A DNA stretch of 30,981 bases from Escherichia coli (GTDB lineage Bacteria; Pseudomonadota; Gammaproteobacteria; Enterobacterales; Enterobacteriaceae). Location: NCBI RefSeq assembly GCF_003334355.1, contig NZ_QOWP01000038.1. One strand, 5' to 3'. Under the pieces are notes generated by a model. The model did no database searches. It saw only the letters and a program-made list of their open reading frames with translations, and was not told where the DNA came from. Numbering within the stretch: the stretch's first letter is position 1; every line of letters begins with the position of its first letter. This document shows positions 15,929-24,018 of this stretch, in pieces. Both the position numbers and the translations under genes were made by a program.

Positions 15929-16035
15929 CAAAAAGCAAAGCCTTTGTGCCGATGAATCTCTATACTGTTTCACAGACCTGCTGCCCTGCGGGGCGGCCAT
16001 CTTCCTTTATTCGCTTATAAGCGTGGAGAATTAAA

Positions 16036-16803
16036 ATGCGACATCCTTTAGTGATGGGTAACTGGAAACTGAACGGCAGCCGCCACATGGTTCACGAGCT
16101 GGTTTCTAACCTGCGTAAAGAGCTGGCAGGTGTTGCTGGCTGTGCGGTTGCAATCGCACCACCGGAAATGTACATCGATATGGCGAAGCGCGAAGCTGAA
16201 GGCAGCCACATCATGCTGGGTGCGCAAAACGTGGACCTGAACCTGTCCGGCGCATTCACCGGTGAAACTTCTGCCGCTATGCTGAAAGACATCGGCGCTC
16301 AGTACATCATCATCGGCCACTCTGAACGTCGTACTTACCACAAAGAGTCTGACGAACTGATCGCGAAAAAATTCGCGGTGCTGAAAGAGCAGGGCCTGAC
16401 TCCGGTTCTGTGCATCGGTGAAACCGAAGCTGAAAACGAAGCGGGCAAAACTGAAGAAGTTTGCGCACGTCAGATCGACGCGGTACTGAAAACTCAGGGT
16501 GCTGCGGCATTCGAAGGTGCGGTTATCGCTTACGAACCTGTATGGGCAATCGGTACTGGCAAATCTGCAACTCCGGCTCAGGCACAGGCTGTTCACAAAT
16601 TCATCCGTGACCACATCGCTAAAGTTGACGCTAACATCGCTGAACAAGTGATCATTCAGTACGGCGGCTCTGTAAACGCGTCTAACGCTGCAGAACTGTT
16701 TGCTCAGCCAGATATCGACGGCGCGCTGGTTGGCGGTGCTTCTCTGAAAGCTGACGCTTTCGCAGTGATCGTTAAAGCTGCAGAAGCGGCTAAACAGGCT
16801 TAA
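16036..16803 (+). CDS. tpiA: Triosephosphate isomerase
   Basis: 255 aa [57 protein letters not shown]...; active-site motifs IIIGHSERR and [11 protein letters not shown]. Confidence 0.97.
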
Positions 16804-16812
16804 GTCTGACAG

Positions 16813-16835
16813 GTGCCGGATTTCATATCCGGCAC
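16813..16835. terminator. Hairpin terminator between convergent tpiA and cdh
   Basis: GTGCCGGATTTCATATCCGGCAC perfect inverted repeat. Confidence 0.5.
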
Positions 16836-16857
16836 TTACTTTCCTTAACTCTTCGCC

Positions 16858-17613
16858 TTAACGCAAAATCTCACACTGATGATCCTGAATTTCCTCGGCT
16901 GAAGCACGGTTAAGCGTCAGTAGATTTCGTTGTGTCGCCAGCAATACAAATGAGTTATCACTCTGCCGTACCATCGCCAGCCCGTAGCTTCCCATATGTT
17001 CCCGCGCCTCAGGTACTTCTTCTGCCAGCATCATAAATGGGCTGCGTTGTACCAGTTCGCTTTCCGTTACCCGACGCGCCAGGTATTCATGCCCGCGCAA
17101 ACCACCTGGCAGTGGCAACCAGCGGCTGCTGATGTTCGCCAGATTGTTATCCAGCTGTTCGCGCACATCAGGACGAATACAAGAGATATGAATATGAAAA
17201 TGGTTTTGCGTACGCCCGGTGCGGGAGTTGATCGCCAAAGAAACCGCGCGATCGGGAACCGGCTGGCCGTATTTTTTGCTCATAAAATCACGCGCCTGCC
17301 AAGCCAACCAAAAGAAGTTCGGCGTTGAAGGATCGGTCAACAAAGGACTTTCAGTACCGTTAATACGATACGTTGGCATCAACAGATATTGCAGTGGGCC
17401 ATTAAGATCTTTTAAAACCACGTATCCGGCATTGGGTTTGACTTCCGCACATGGCGAAGGATTTTGATTTTGCTGCTGATTGGGCAAACATTCCTCAAGG
17501 ACAATCTTACGTAATGTATCCGACTCTTCACCGGTTAATTTCCAGTAACCAATACCGGCAGCCACAACGGCGATAACTATCATCACCAAAAAAAGAAGAC
17601 CCGCTTTTTTCAT
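16858..17613 (-). CDS. cdh: CDP-diacylglycerol pyrophosphatase
   Basis: 251 aa from ATG at 17613 ([26 protein letters not shown]...); the ORF-track start at 17805 is an extension that overlaps the sbp 3' end. Confidence 0.9.
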   Translation of the reverse strand: MKKAGLLFLVMIVIAVVAAGIGYWKLTGEESDTLRKIVLEECLPNQQQNQNPSPCAEVKPNAGYVVLKDLNGPLQYLLMPTYRINGTESPLLTDPSTPNFFWLAWQARDFMSKKYGQPVPDRAVSLAINSRTGRTQNHFHIHISCIRPDVREQLDNNLANISSRWLPLPGGLRGHEYLARRVTESELVQRSPFMMLAEEVPEAREHMGSYGLAMVRQSDNSFVLLATQRNLLTLNRASAEEIQDHQCEILR

Positions 17614-17667
17614 CTTTTTTTCCCTGTACCTCAAAGAGATGCAAGGGTAACGCAAAATCGTGACAAA

Positions 17668-17700
17668 TAAAAAACCCGGTCGCGAGAAACCACCGGGTTT
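17668..17700 (-). terminator. Rho-independent terminator after sbp
   Basis: Minus-strand hairpin ACCCGGTGG...CGACCGGGT followed by a T-tract. Confidence 0.55.
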
Positions 17701-17719
17701 GATAATTATCCTGGGGAAA

Positions 17720-18709
17720 TCAGCGTTTGCTGATCTGATCGAACGTACCGCCGTTAGCAAAATGCTCTTTTTGCGCTTTCGTCCAGCCGCCGAACTCTTC
17801 ATCAATGGTGAATAACTTCAGCTTTGGAAACGCATTTTCGTACTTTTTCGCCACCTCAGCGTCGCGCGGACGGTAGTAGTTTTTCGCGGCAATTTCCTGA
17901 CCTTCTGGCGAGTAGAGATATTTCAGGTAGGCTTCCGCCACCTCTTTAGTACCTTTTTTCTCGACCACTTTATCGACCACCGACACGGTTGGCTCTGCGA
18001 GGATAGACTCACTCGGCGTGACGATTTCGAATTTATCTTTCCCCAGTTCATTCGCTGCCAGCAGAGCTTCGTTTTCCCAGGCAATCAGTACATCGCCAAT
18101 TCCGCGCTCGACAAAAGTGTTAGTGGAGCCACGCGCGCCAGAATCCAGAACTTCGACGTTTTTATACAGTGCCCGAACAAAATCCTGTGCTTTTGCCTGA
18201 TCGTTGTTGTTGTGATGCAGCGCGTAGCCCCAGGCTGCCAGGTAGTTCCAGCGCGCGCCACCAGAGCTTTTCGGATTAGGCGTGATCACCGAAACACCCG
18301 GTTTAATCAGATCGTTCCAGTCATGGATCTGCTTCGGATTTCCCTTACGTACCAGGAAAACAATGGTGGAAGTGTACGGTGCGGAGTTATCCGGCAGACG
18401 TTTGATCCACTCTTTATCAATCCGCCCGCGTTCCGCAATTGCGTCCACGTCATAGGCCAGAGCCAGCGTGACAACATCAGCTTCAATACCGTTGATTACC
18501 GACGTCGCTTGTTTACCTGAGCCACCGTGTGACTGACGAATCACCACGTTATCACCAGTTTGCTGTTTCCAGTGGGCGCTGAATGCCTTGTTGTACTGTT
18601 CGTACAATTCGCGCGTTGGATCATATGAAACGTTAAGAAGCTGAATATCCTTTGCCATAACGCTGGTTGCCGCCAGCAAAAATGTTAACCCTACGCCCCA
18701 CTTGTTCAT
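17720..18709 (-). CDS. sbp: Sulfate-binding periplasmic protein
   Basis: 329 aa with signal peptide ([19 protein letters not shown]); matches Sbp as recalled. Confidence 0.95.
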
Positions 18710-18873
18710 CGCCCGACTCTCTTATGTTGTGTTGTGATGAGCAAAGCGTGCCAGAAGGTTAACCAAACATTAAAGAATAAAAAAAGATTGGCTATAACTT
18801 GCGGGTATATGTTGGGGGATTAAAAAGGCGGAAGAAATCCGCCTCATATTGCTGACAAAGTGCGCTTTGTCCA

Positions 18874-18972
18874 TGCCGGATGCGGCGCGAACGCCTTATC
18901 CGGCCTACAAAAGTTTGCAAATTCAATAGATTACAGAATTCATGTAGACCTGATAAGCGAAGCGCATCAGGC
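18874..18972. repeat. REP/BIME elements (two REP units in opposite orientation)
   Basis: TGCCGGATGCGGCGCGAACGCCTTATCCGGCCTACA and GTAGACCTGATAAGCGAAGCGCATCAGGCC are canonical E. coli REP palindromes, in the sbp-pfkA intergenic region. Confidence 0.75.
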
Positions 18973-19028
18973 CTTTTTGCTTCTGTCATCGGTTTCAGGC
19001 TAAAGGAATCTGCCTTTTTCCGAAATCA

Positions 19029-19991
19029 TTAATACAGTTTTTTCGCGCAGTCCAGCCAGTCGCCTTTGAACGGACGCTTCATGTTTTCGATAGCGTCGAT
19101 GATGTCGTGGTGAACCAACTGTTCGTTCTGGATACCTACGCAACGACCGCCGTAACCTGCCAGCAGCAGATCGATAGCGTAAGCGCCCATACGGGAAGCC
19201 AGAATACGGTCGTAAGGCACCGGAGAACCACCGCGCTGGATGTGGCCCAGCACAGTTGCGCGGGTTTCACGACCGGTTTCTTTCTCGATGAAATGCGCCA
19301 GTTCGTCAACATCACACATATGTTCGGTAATCGCCACGATCGCGTGTTTTTTACCTTTCGCGATACCCGCTTTGATTTCGTTTACCAGGTCTTCACGGCT
19401 GAATTCAACTTCCGGAACCACAACGAATTCACAGCCACCGGCAATGGCCGCAGCCAACGTCAGATCTCCACAATAACGGCCCATCACTTCCACCACGGAA
19501 ATACGCTGGTGAGAAGAAGAGGTGTCACGCAGACGGTCGATCGCTTCTACAACGGTGCTCAGCGCAGTGAAGAAACCGATAGTGTAGTCAGTGCCTTTGA
19601 TGTCGTTGTCGATAGTGCCCGGCAGACCGATGCACGGGAAGCCCATTTCGGTCAGACGCATTGCACCCATGTAGGAACCGTCACCGCCGATAACCACCAG
19701 CGCGTCGATACCACGTTTTTTCAGGTTTTCGATAGCCACGGCGCGGATGTTCTCGTCGCGGAATTCCGGGAAACGCGCAGAACCGAGGAACGTACCGCCA
19801 CGGTTGATCATGTCAGACACGCTGTAACGGTCTAGCTGTACCATACGGTCTTCATACAGACCCAGATAGCCGTCATAAATACCCATTACTTCCAGACCTT
19901 CTGTCAGCGCAGAACGAACAACCCCGCGAATTGCGGCGTTCATGCCTGGCGCATCACCGCCGCTTGTCAACACACCGATTTTCTTAATCAT
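19029..19991 (-). CDS. pfkA: 6-phosphofructokinase I
   Basis: 320 aa from ATG at 19991 ([53 protein letters not shown]...); the ORF-track start at 20087 is an extension. Confidence 0.97.
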
Positions 19992-20171
19992 GACTACCTC
20001 TGAACTTTGGAATGCAAAATGAAATCTGTTGCCGGAAGTCTTCTTGCACATCGAAGTGATCCAACGAATGTGCAAATAGTATAACAATCACTTCCTGCTG
20101 AATTGATTCAGGTCAGGCCAAATGGCGGTATTTTATACACAAAATGCGGGTCTGGCTCTCTTTTATACTGA

Positions 20172-21074
20172 TTATGAAAGCATAGACCGTTTACCCTCCC
20201 TGGGTACGACGGAACAGGGGTCCTGATGGATAATTACATCCGATCCCGGAAAACGCCGTAAAATAGCCTGCTCTACCTGATCCGCCACCATATGTGCCTG
20301 AACCAAAGGCAGAGAGTCTTCCATTTCCAAATGAATCTGAATAAAGCGGGTCGGCCCTGACTGCCGCGTGCGAAGATCGTGAGCGCCGCTAACACCCGGC
20401 CAGGAAGTCACGATATCAATAATTTCTTGCCGTTCCTCATCAGGCAATGCGCGATCCAGTAATGATTGTACCGCCTCATATCCCATGCGTAACGCGCTAT
20501 ATAAAATATAGATGCCGATTCCCAATGCAAACAGAGCATCGGCGCGATGCCAGCCGTACCAGGACAACCCCAGCGCCAGCAGAATTGCGCCGTTCATCAT
20601 AACATCAGACTGGTAATGTAGCATATCAGCCCGCACCGCCTGGCTTTGCGTCCGCCGCACCACCCAACGCTGAAACGAGACAAGGATAATCGTACAAATT
20701 AGCGCCACAATTGTCACGATAACCCCGACGCCTGGATCTGTCATCGGTGTTGGAGATATCAGATGTTGAATACCCGTCAAAAACAGGAATAGTGCCGAAC
20801 CGGAGATAAACATACTTTGCGCCAGCGCCGCGAGGGACTCAGCTTTACCGTGACCAAACGAGTGATTATCGTCGGCAGGTTGCAGGGAATATCGCACCAC
20901 CAATAAATTCGTCAACGACGCGCCGATATCCACCAGCGAATCCACCAGCGCGGCGAGAATACTCACCGACCCGGTATACCACCATGCAAAAATTTTAATC
21001 AGCAATAGCAGCGAAGCCATCGCCGTCGCAGCAATCGCCGCCCGACTGACCAGCCGTCCATAAGATTGATTCAT
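20172..21074 (-). CDS. fieF: Cation-efflux pump FieF (CDF family Fe/Zn transporter)
   Basis: 300 aa from ATG at 21074 ([50 protein letters not shown]...); six TM segments plus cytoplasmic C-terminal domain. Confidence 0.95.
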
Positions 21075-21092
21075 AAATACTCCCGCTATCAA

Positions 21093-21281
21093 CTGACGCT
21101 AGTATAACGGAAGCAAATCATCTGCAATGCATTAAGCAGCAGGCAAATTGAGGATAAAAAAAACCCCCACATCATGTGGGGGAAGACAGGGATGGTGTCA
21201 CAATAAATCACCTAACCTGATGATATAAATGGATTTATATCAACCGCTGTCCACATAGCGTCCACATCGTTCAGCGTCCGT
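21093..21281. other. Candidate prophage attachment junction (chromosome/P2-like prophage boundary)
   Basis: Non-coding gap between fieF and the first phage-side ORF. Contains hairpin CCCCCACAT-CATGTGGGGG (about 21154-21178) flanked by A8, and two direct repeats at 21248-21256 and 21259-21267 (minus strand ATGTGGACA / ATGTGGACG), spaced 11 bp. Confidence 0.4.
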
Positions 21282-21923
21282 TTAATCGGACGCTTTTAAA
21301 TTTTTATTTTTCCCAGCAGAAAAATTAGCTTTCCCGCTGTTTTGCAACTCAACAAGAGGAGATAACCGTCGGTAAACAGCCAAAAGTATCTTTAACTGAA
21401 CCAGTTCATCTGCCCCCGATAGTTGAACCAAGTTTTTACGTTGTTCTTCACTAAGTGCCATCACAGATTCAAGTGATTTAACTGCGTCAGAAACAAGTTC
21501 AATCTCTTTAATTTGATTCTGTATACGCAGCTTCTCTGATTTCAACTTTGCCCATTCTCTTTGTCGATATGTACGCATCACCTGATCGTAAACTTTGTTG
21601 GCAGCCAGAATACTTCCACCAACAGCAGTAACTAACTCAGCAATCTGCCAAGAGATATCAATAAGAGCAGACAATTCAATAAAGCCAGGAGAGGCATACT
21701 GAATTTTTTTCACTACAGGACGTAAATCTGGTGGAGTCGCACTGTAAGCCCCTCTAAAAAAGTTCACTACACTGTGCCCACCCTCCCAAGGCATTGTTGA
21801 ATATCCTCTTGATCCTCCTTTTAGGCCATAAAAAAAACCATATAGCTGCAAATACTCTTTCGTTAAGACCGCGAAATCAGCTAACTCCCAACGATTATCA
21901 AGCTCAATTATAACTTTTTCCAT
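21282..21923 (-). CDS. Hypothetical protein, prophage cargo (moron) of unknown function
   Basis: 213 aa from ATG at 21923 (MEKVIIELDNRWELADFAVLTKEYLQLYGFFYGLKGGSRGYSTMPWEGG...) with GGTGA-type RBS upstream; an in-frame TTG at 21941 would give 219 aa. Visibly AT-rich. Own AT-rich upstream region (21942-22023). Not CpxP; no motif I recognise; C-terminal half looks coiled-coil. Confidence 0.7.
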   Translation of the reverse strand: MEKVIIELDNRWELADFAVLTKEYLQLYGFFYGLKGGSRGYSTMPWEGGHSVVNFFRGAYSATPPDLRPVVKKIQYASPGFIELSALIDISWQIAELVTAVGGSILAANKVYDQVMRTYRQREWAKLKSEKLRIQNQIKEIELVSDAVKSLESVMALSEEQRKNLVQLSGADELVQLKILLAVYRRLSPLVELQNSGKANFSAGKNKNLKASD

Positions 21924-22023
21924 TTTCACCAACCTGTCCAACTTTAAAAATTGACTTTTAAGTATATGATAAACATGGTTTATTAAACGTGATCCACTAC
22001 TTTTAATGAAGAATATTCCCCAA

Positions 22024-22057
22024 AACAGAAAGCCCCTCGACTGAGGGGCTTTCTGTT
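22024..22057 (-). terminator. Rho-independent terminator downstream of ogr
   Basis: Hairpin AGAAAGCCCCTC-GACT-GAGGGGCTTTCT; on the minus strand followed by a T-tract. Confidence 0.65.
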
Positions 22058-22062
22058 TGTAA

Positions 22063-22281
22063 CTACATCCACATAATTTGCTGCCCTGATGGCAACGGGT
22101 GCGGCCTTACGGCGTGGACTTCTCCCGGCTTCACGATGTATCGCTGTACCGACTCATAAGTGATGAACGTGGCGCTGCAATTCACGTTCTGGCACTGGTG
22201 ATAACGCTCTTTTGTCGTGTCAGTGATATAGCGGCTTGTACGCGCATGTGCGGCATGCTGGCATAAAGGACAATGAAACAT
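22063..22281 (-). CDS. ogr: Late-gene transcriptional activator Ogr (zinc-finger)
   Basis: 72 aa from ATG at 22281: MFHCPLCQHAAHARTSRYITDTTKERYHQCQNVNCSATFITYESVQRYIVKPGEVHAVRPHPLPSGQQIMWM; Cys4 zinc-finger pattern, matches P2 Ogr as recalled. The ORF-track start at 22365 is an extension. Confidence 0.93.
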   Translation of the reverse strand: MFHCPLCQHAAHARTSRYITDTTKERYHQCQNVNCSATFITYESVQRYIVKPGEVHAVRPHPLPSGQQIMWM

Positions 22282-22361
22282 CGCGAGCACCTCTTCCGGT
22301 TTTGTTGATGGTGCCATTTTAGTTAATTTATCCTTATAAAACAAACAGATAAGATAAAACA

Positions 22362-23525
22362 TCACTCATCATCTTCTGTTTCGTACTCCACATCAGAAAG
22401 CCTGACCTCAAGCTCTAAGGACGTCGTGAAGCCGGAATTATTCAGAAAGTGTGTCACCTTAGTGATTGTCCAGTCCTGCTCGTCTATGACGCGCTTAAAG
22501 CCAGACACTTTGACCGGTGTTTCCGTGTAAATATCTGCCCGACCGGTAGCCAGGCTGATGGAGAACTCCGCAACGCCCCGTTGCAGTTTATCCCACTTCG
22601 CCTGAGCGGCGCGCATGGCCTGCGCTTTTGTGGCATATACCGTGGTCAGGGCAAAAACGTTGTCAGCCTCACCGGCCATATATTCACCTTCGCGCGCTTC
22701 AGGTACTTTTGGCGCTTTCTTCTGCGTGACCGGTTTTGCTTTCGGGTGCTCCAGTGCGCGCAGGTGTTTTTCTTTCTTTTTGCGTTTCAGTTTTACCTTC
22801 TGCTTTTGTGGTTTCGGGTCTTTGGTGTGTAACCACTTTGCCGTTACGCCGGTGTAAGCTCCACGGTCAGCAATCGCAAAATGATGACGGTCGCCGTCGC
22901 TGCGGGTGATGGTAATCTGCGGGATTTTTTTACCGCTGGCCGTCACCCCCTGCCCCGCTTTGAGAAACAACAGTTTTCCCATTTTTACCGACACCTCACC
23001 GCCGTTGCGTTCTGCAAGGCGGGTCAGGAATTTTGCATCAGACTCCTGCGACTGGTCGATGTGCGGAATTTTAATTCCGGCCAGTGACGGAGCGACACTG
23101 GCTTCCAGCCTGTTACGGGAGGCTATCGCCTCAACAATCGCACCGAGCGTGGTGTCATGCCATGAGCCTTCCCGGCGGGAATTGAGCGTCCCGCGAAAAT
23201 CTGCACTCCGGGCGCGGATGGTGACCACATCCGGTGCGCCCCGGTGTTCAACCTCATCAACGGTAAATTTCCCTTTGCATACCAGGGCAAAACCTTTCCA
23301 GCCGATATACACCGTCAGGACAGCGCCACGAACCGGCAGCCCGACCTGCCCGTCGGCATCGTTCAGTTCAATATCAAGCTGGTCAGCCTCAAAGCCCCGG
23401 TTATCCGTCAGGGTCATGCTCATCAGACGGTCGCTGATATTGCCGGTAATATCCCTGCTGTCGAGCATCAGCATGTAATCCGGCGTCAGTGTACTGCCTG
23501 CATCAAATGTCAGCGCATCCAGCAT
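22362..23525 (-). CDS. D: Tail protein D (late control gene D family)
   Basis: 387 aa; position between U and ogr as in P2; Lys-rich low-complexity segment (KPQKQKVKLKRKKKEKHLRALEHPKAKP). Confidence 0.9.
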   Translation of the reverse strand: MLDALTFDAGSTLTPDYMLMLDSRDITGNISDRLMSMTLTDNRGFEADQLDIELNDADGQVGLPVRGAVLTVYIGWKGFALVCKGKFTVDEVEHRGAPDVVTIRARSADFRGTLNSRREGSWHDTTLGAIVEAIASRNRLEASVAPSLAGIKIPHIDQSQESDAKFLTRLAERNGGEVSVKMGKLLFLKAGQGVTASGKKIPQITITRSDGDRHHFAIADRGAYTGVTAKWLHTKDPKPQKQKVKLKRKKKEKHLRALEHPKAKPVTQKKAPKVPEAREGEYMAGEADNVFALTTVYATKAQAMRAAQAKWDKLQRGVAEFSISLATGRADIYTETPVKVSGFKRVIDEQDWTITKVTHFLNNSGFTTSLELEVRLSDVEYETEDDE

Positions 23526-24004
23526 TATCCCGCCCCCGTCATACCCGTGAATCTGGTCGCCATACTGCCAGCCTTACCGATGAGCGATTCCGCCTGTTTA
23601 CCGATATCGCCATAAAGCGCGGCCAGTGATTCATCAACGCGGGTGAGTGACAGCGTAAAATCAATTTTCCGGGGTGTGCCGTCTGCAAAGAAAATACTCC
23701 CTGTTTCACTCACCCTGCTGATGACATACATGCCGTAAATCATGCCGGTGCCATCCAGCAACGGCCACGCCCGTCCCTCCTCTGCCATCAGCCTGAGCGT
23801 GGTCATCGTCAGCTTGCCGCCGGTCAGTTCGGGATAAAGCACACCGGCCAGCGTCATGTTTTCCTCACCCACACCGAGAAACTGGTAGGCATCCCGTTTG
23901 CCGATACGGGAATTTGACGGCCAGCGATAATCTGATTCACGCTGCATGGTCTGGTGTGGCAGCGTCTGGCGCATGAAAACAAACATCCCTAACGCGAGCA
24001 TCAT
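23525..24004 (-). CDS. U: Tail protein U
   Basis: 159 aa ORF immediately downstream of T; its stop overlaps the D start (ATGA), as in P2. Confidence 0.88.
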   Translation of the reverse strand: MMLALGMFVFMRQTLPHQTMQRESDYRWPSNSRIGKRDAYQFLGVGEENMTLAGVLYPELTGGKLTMTTLRLMAEEGRAWPLLDGTGMIYGMYVISRVSETGSIFFADGTPRKIDFTLSLTRVDESLAALYGDIGKQAESLIGKAGSMATRFTGMTGAG

Positions 24005-24018
24005 TTTTCATCACCTCC

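Noticed and set aside
16048-16647. 199 aa minus-strand ORF inside tpiA
   Set aside because: Antisense to a highly conserved glycolytic gene; shadow ORF.
19107-19835. 242 aa plus-strand ORF antisense to pfkA
   Set aside because: Contained in pfkA on the opposite strand; Arg/Thr/His-rich nonsense-like translation.
21282-21941. Possibility that this ORF is cpxP, the K-12 neighbour of fieF
   Set aside because: The translation has no resemblance to CpxP (no signal peptide, none of the recalled CpxP sequence); it is AT-rich and flanked by phage features, so it is treated as prophage cargo.
22449-23478. Plus-strand ORFs (127, 80, 68, 190 aa) antisense to tail gene D
   Set aside because: Overlap gene D entirely on the opposite strand; no independent support.
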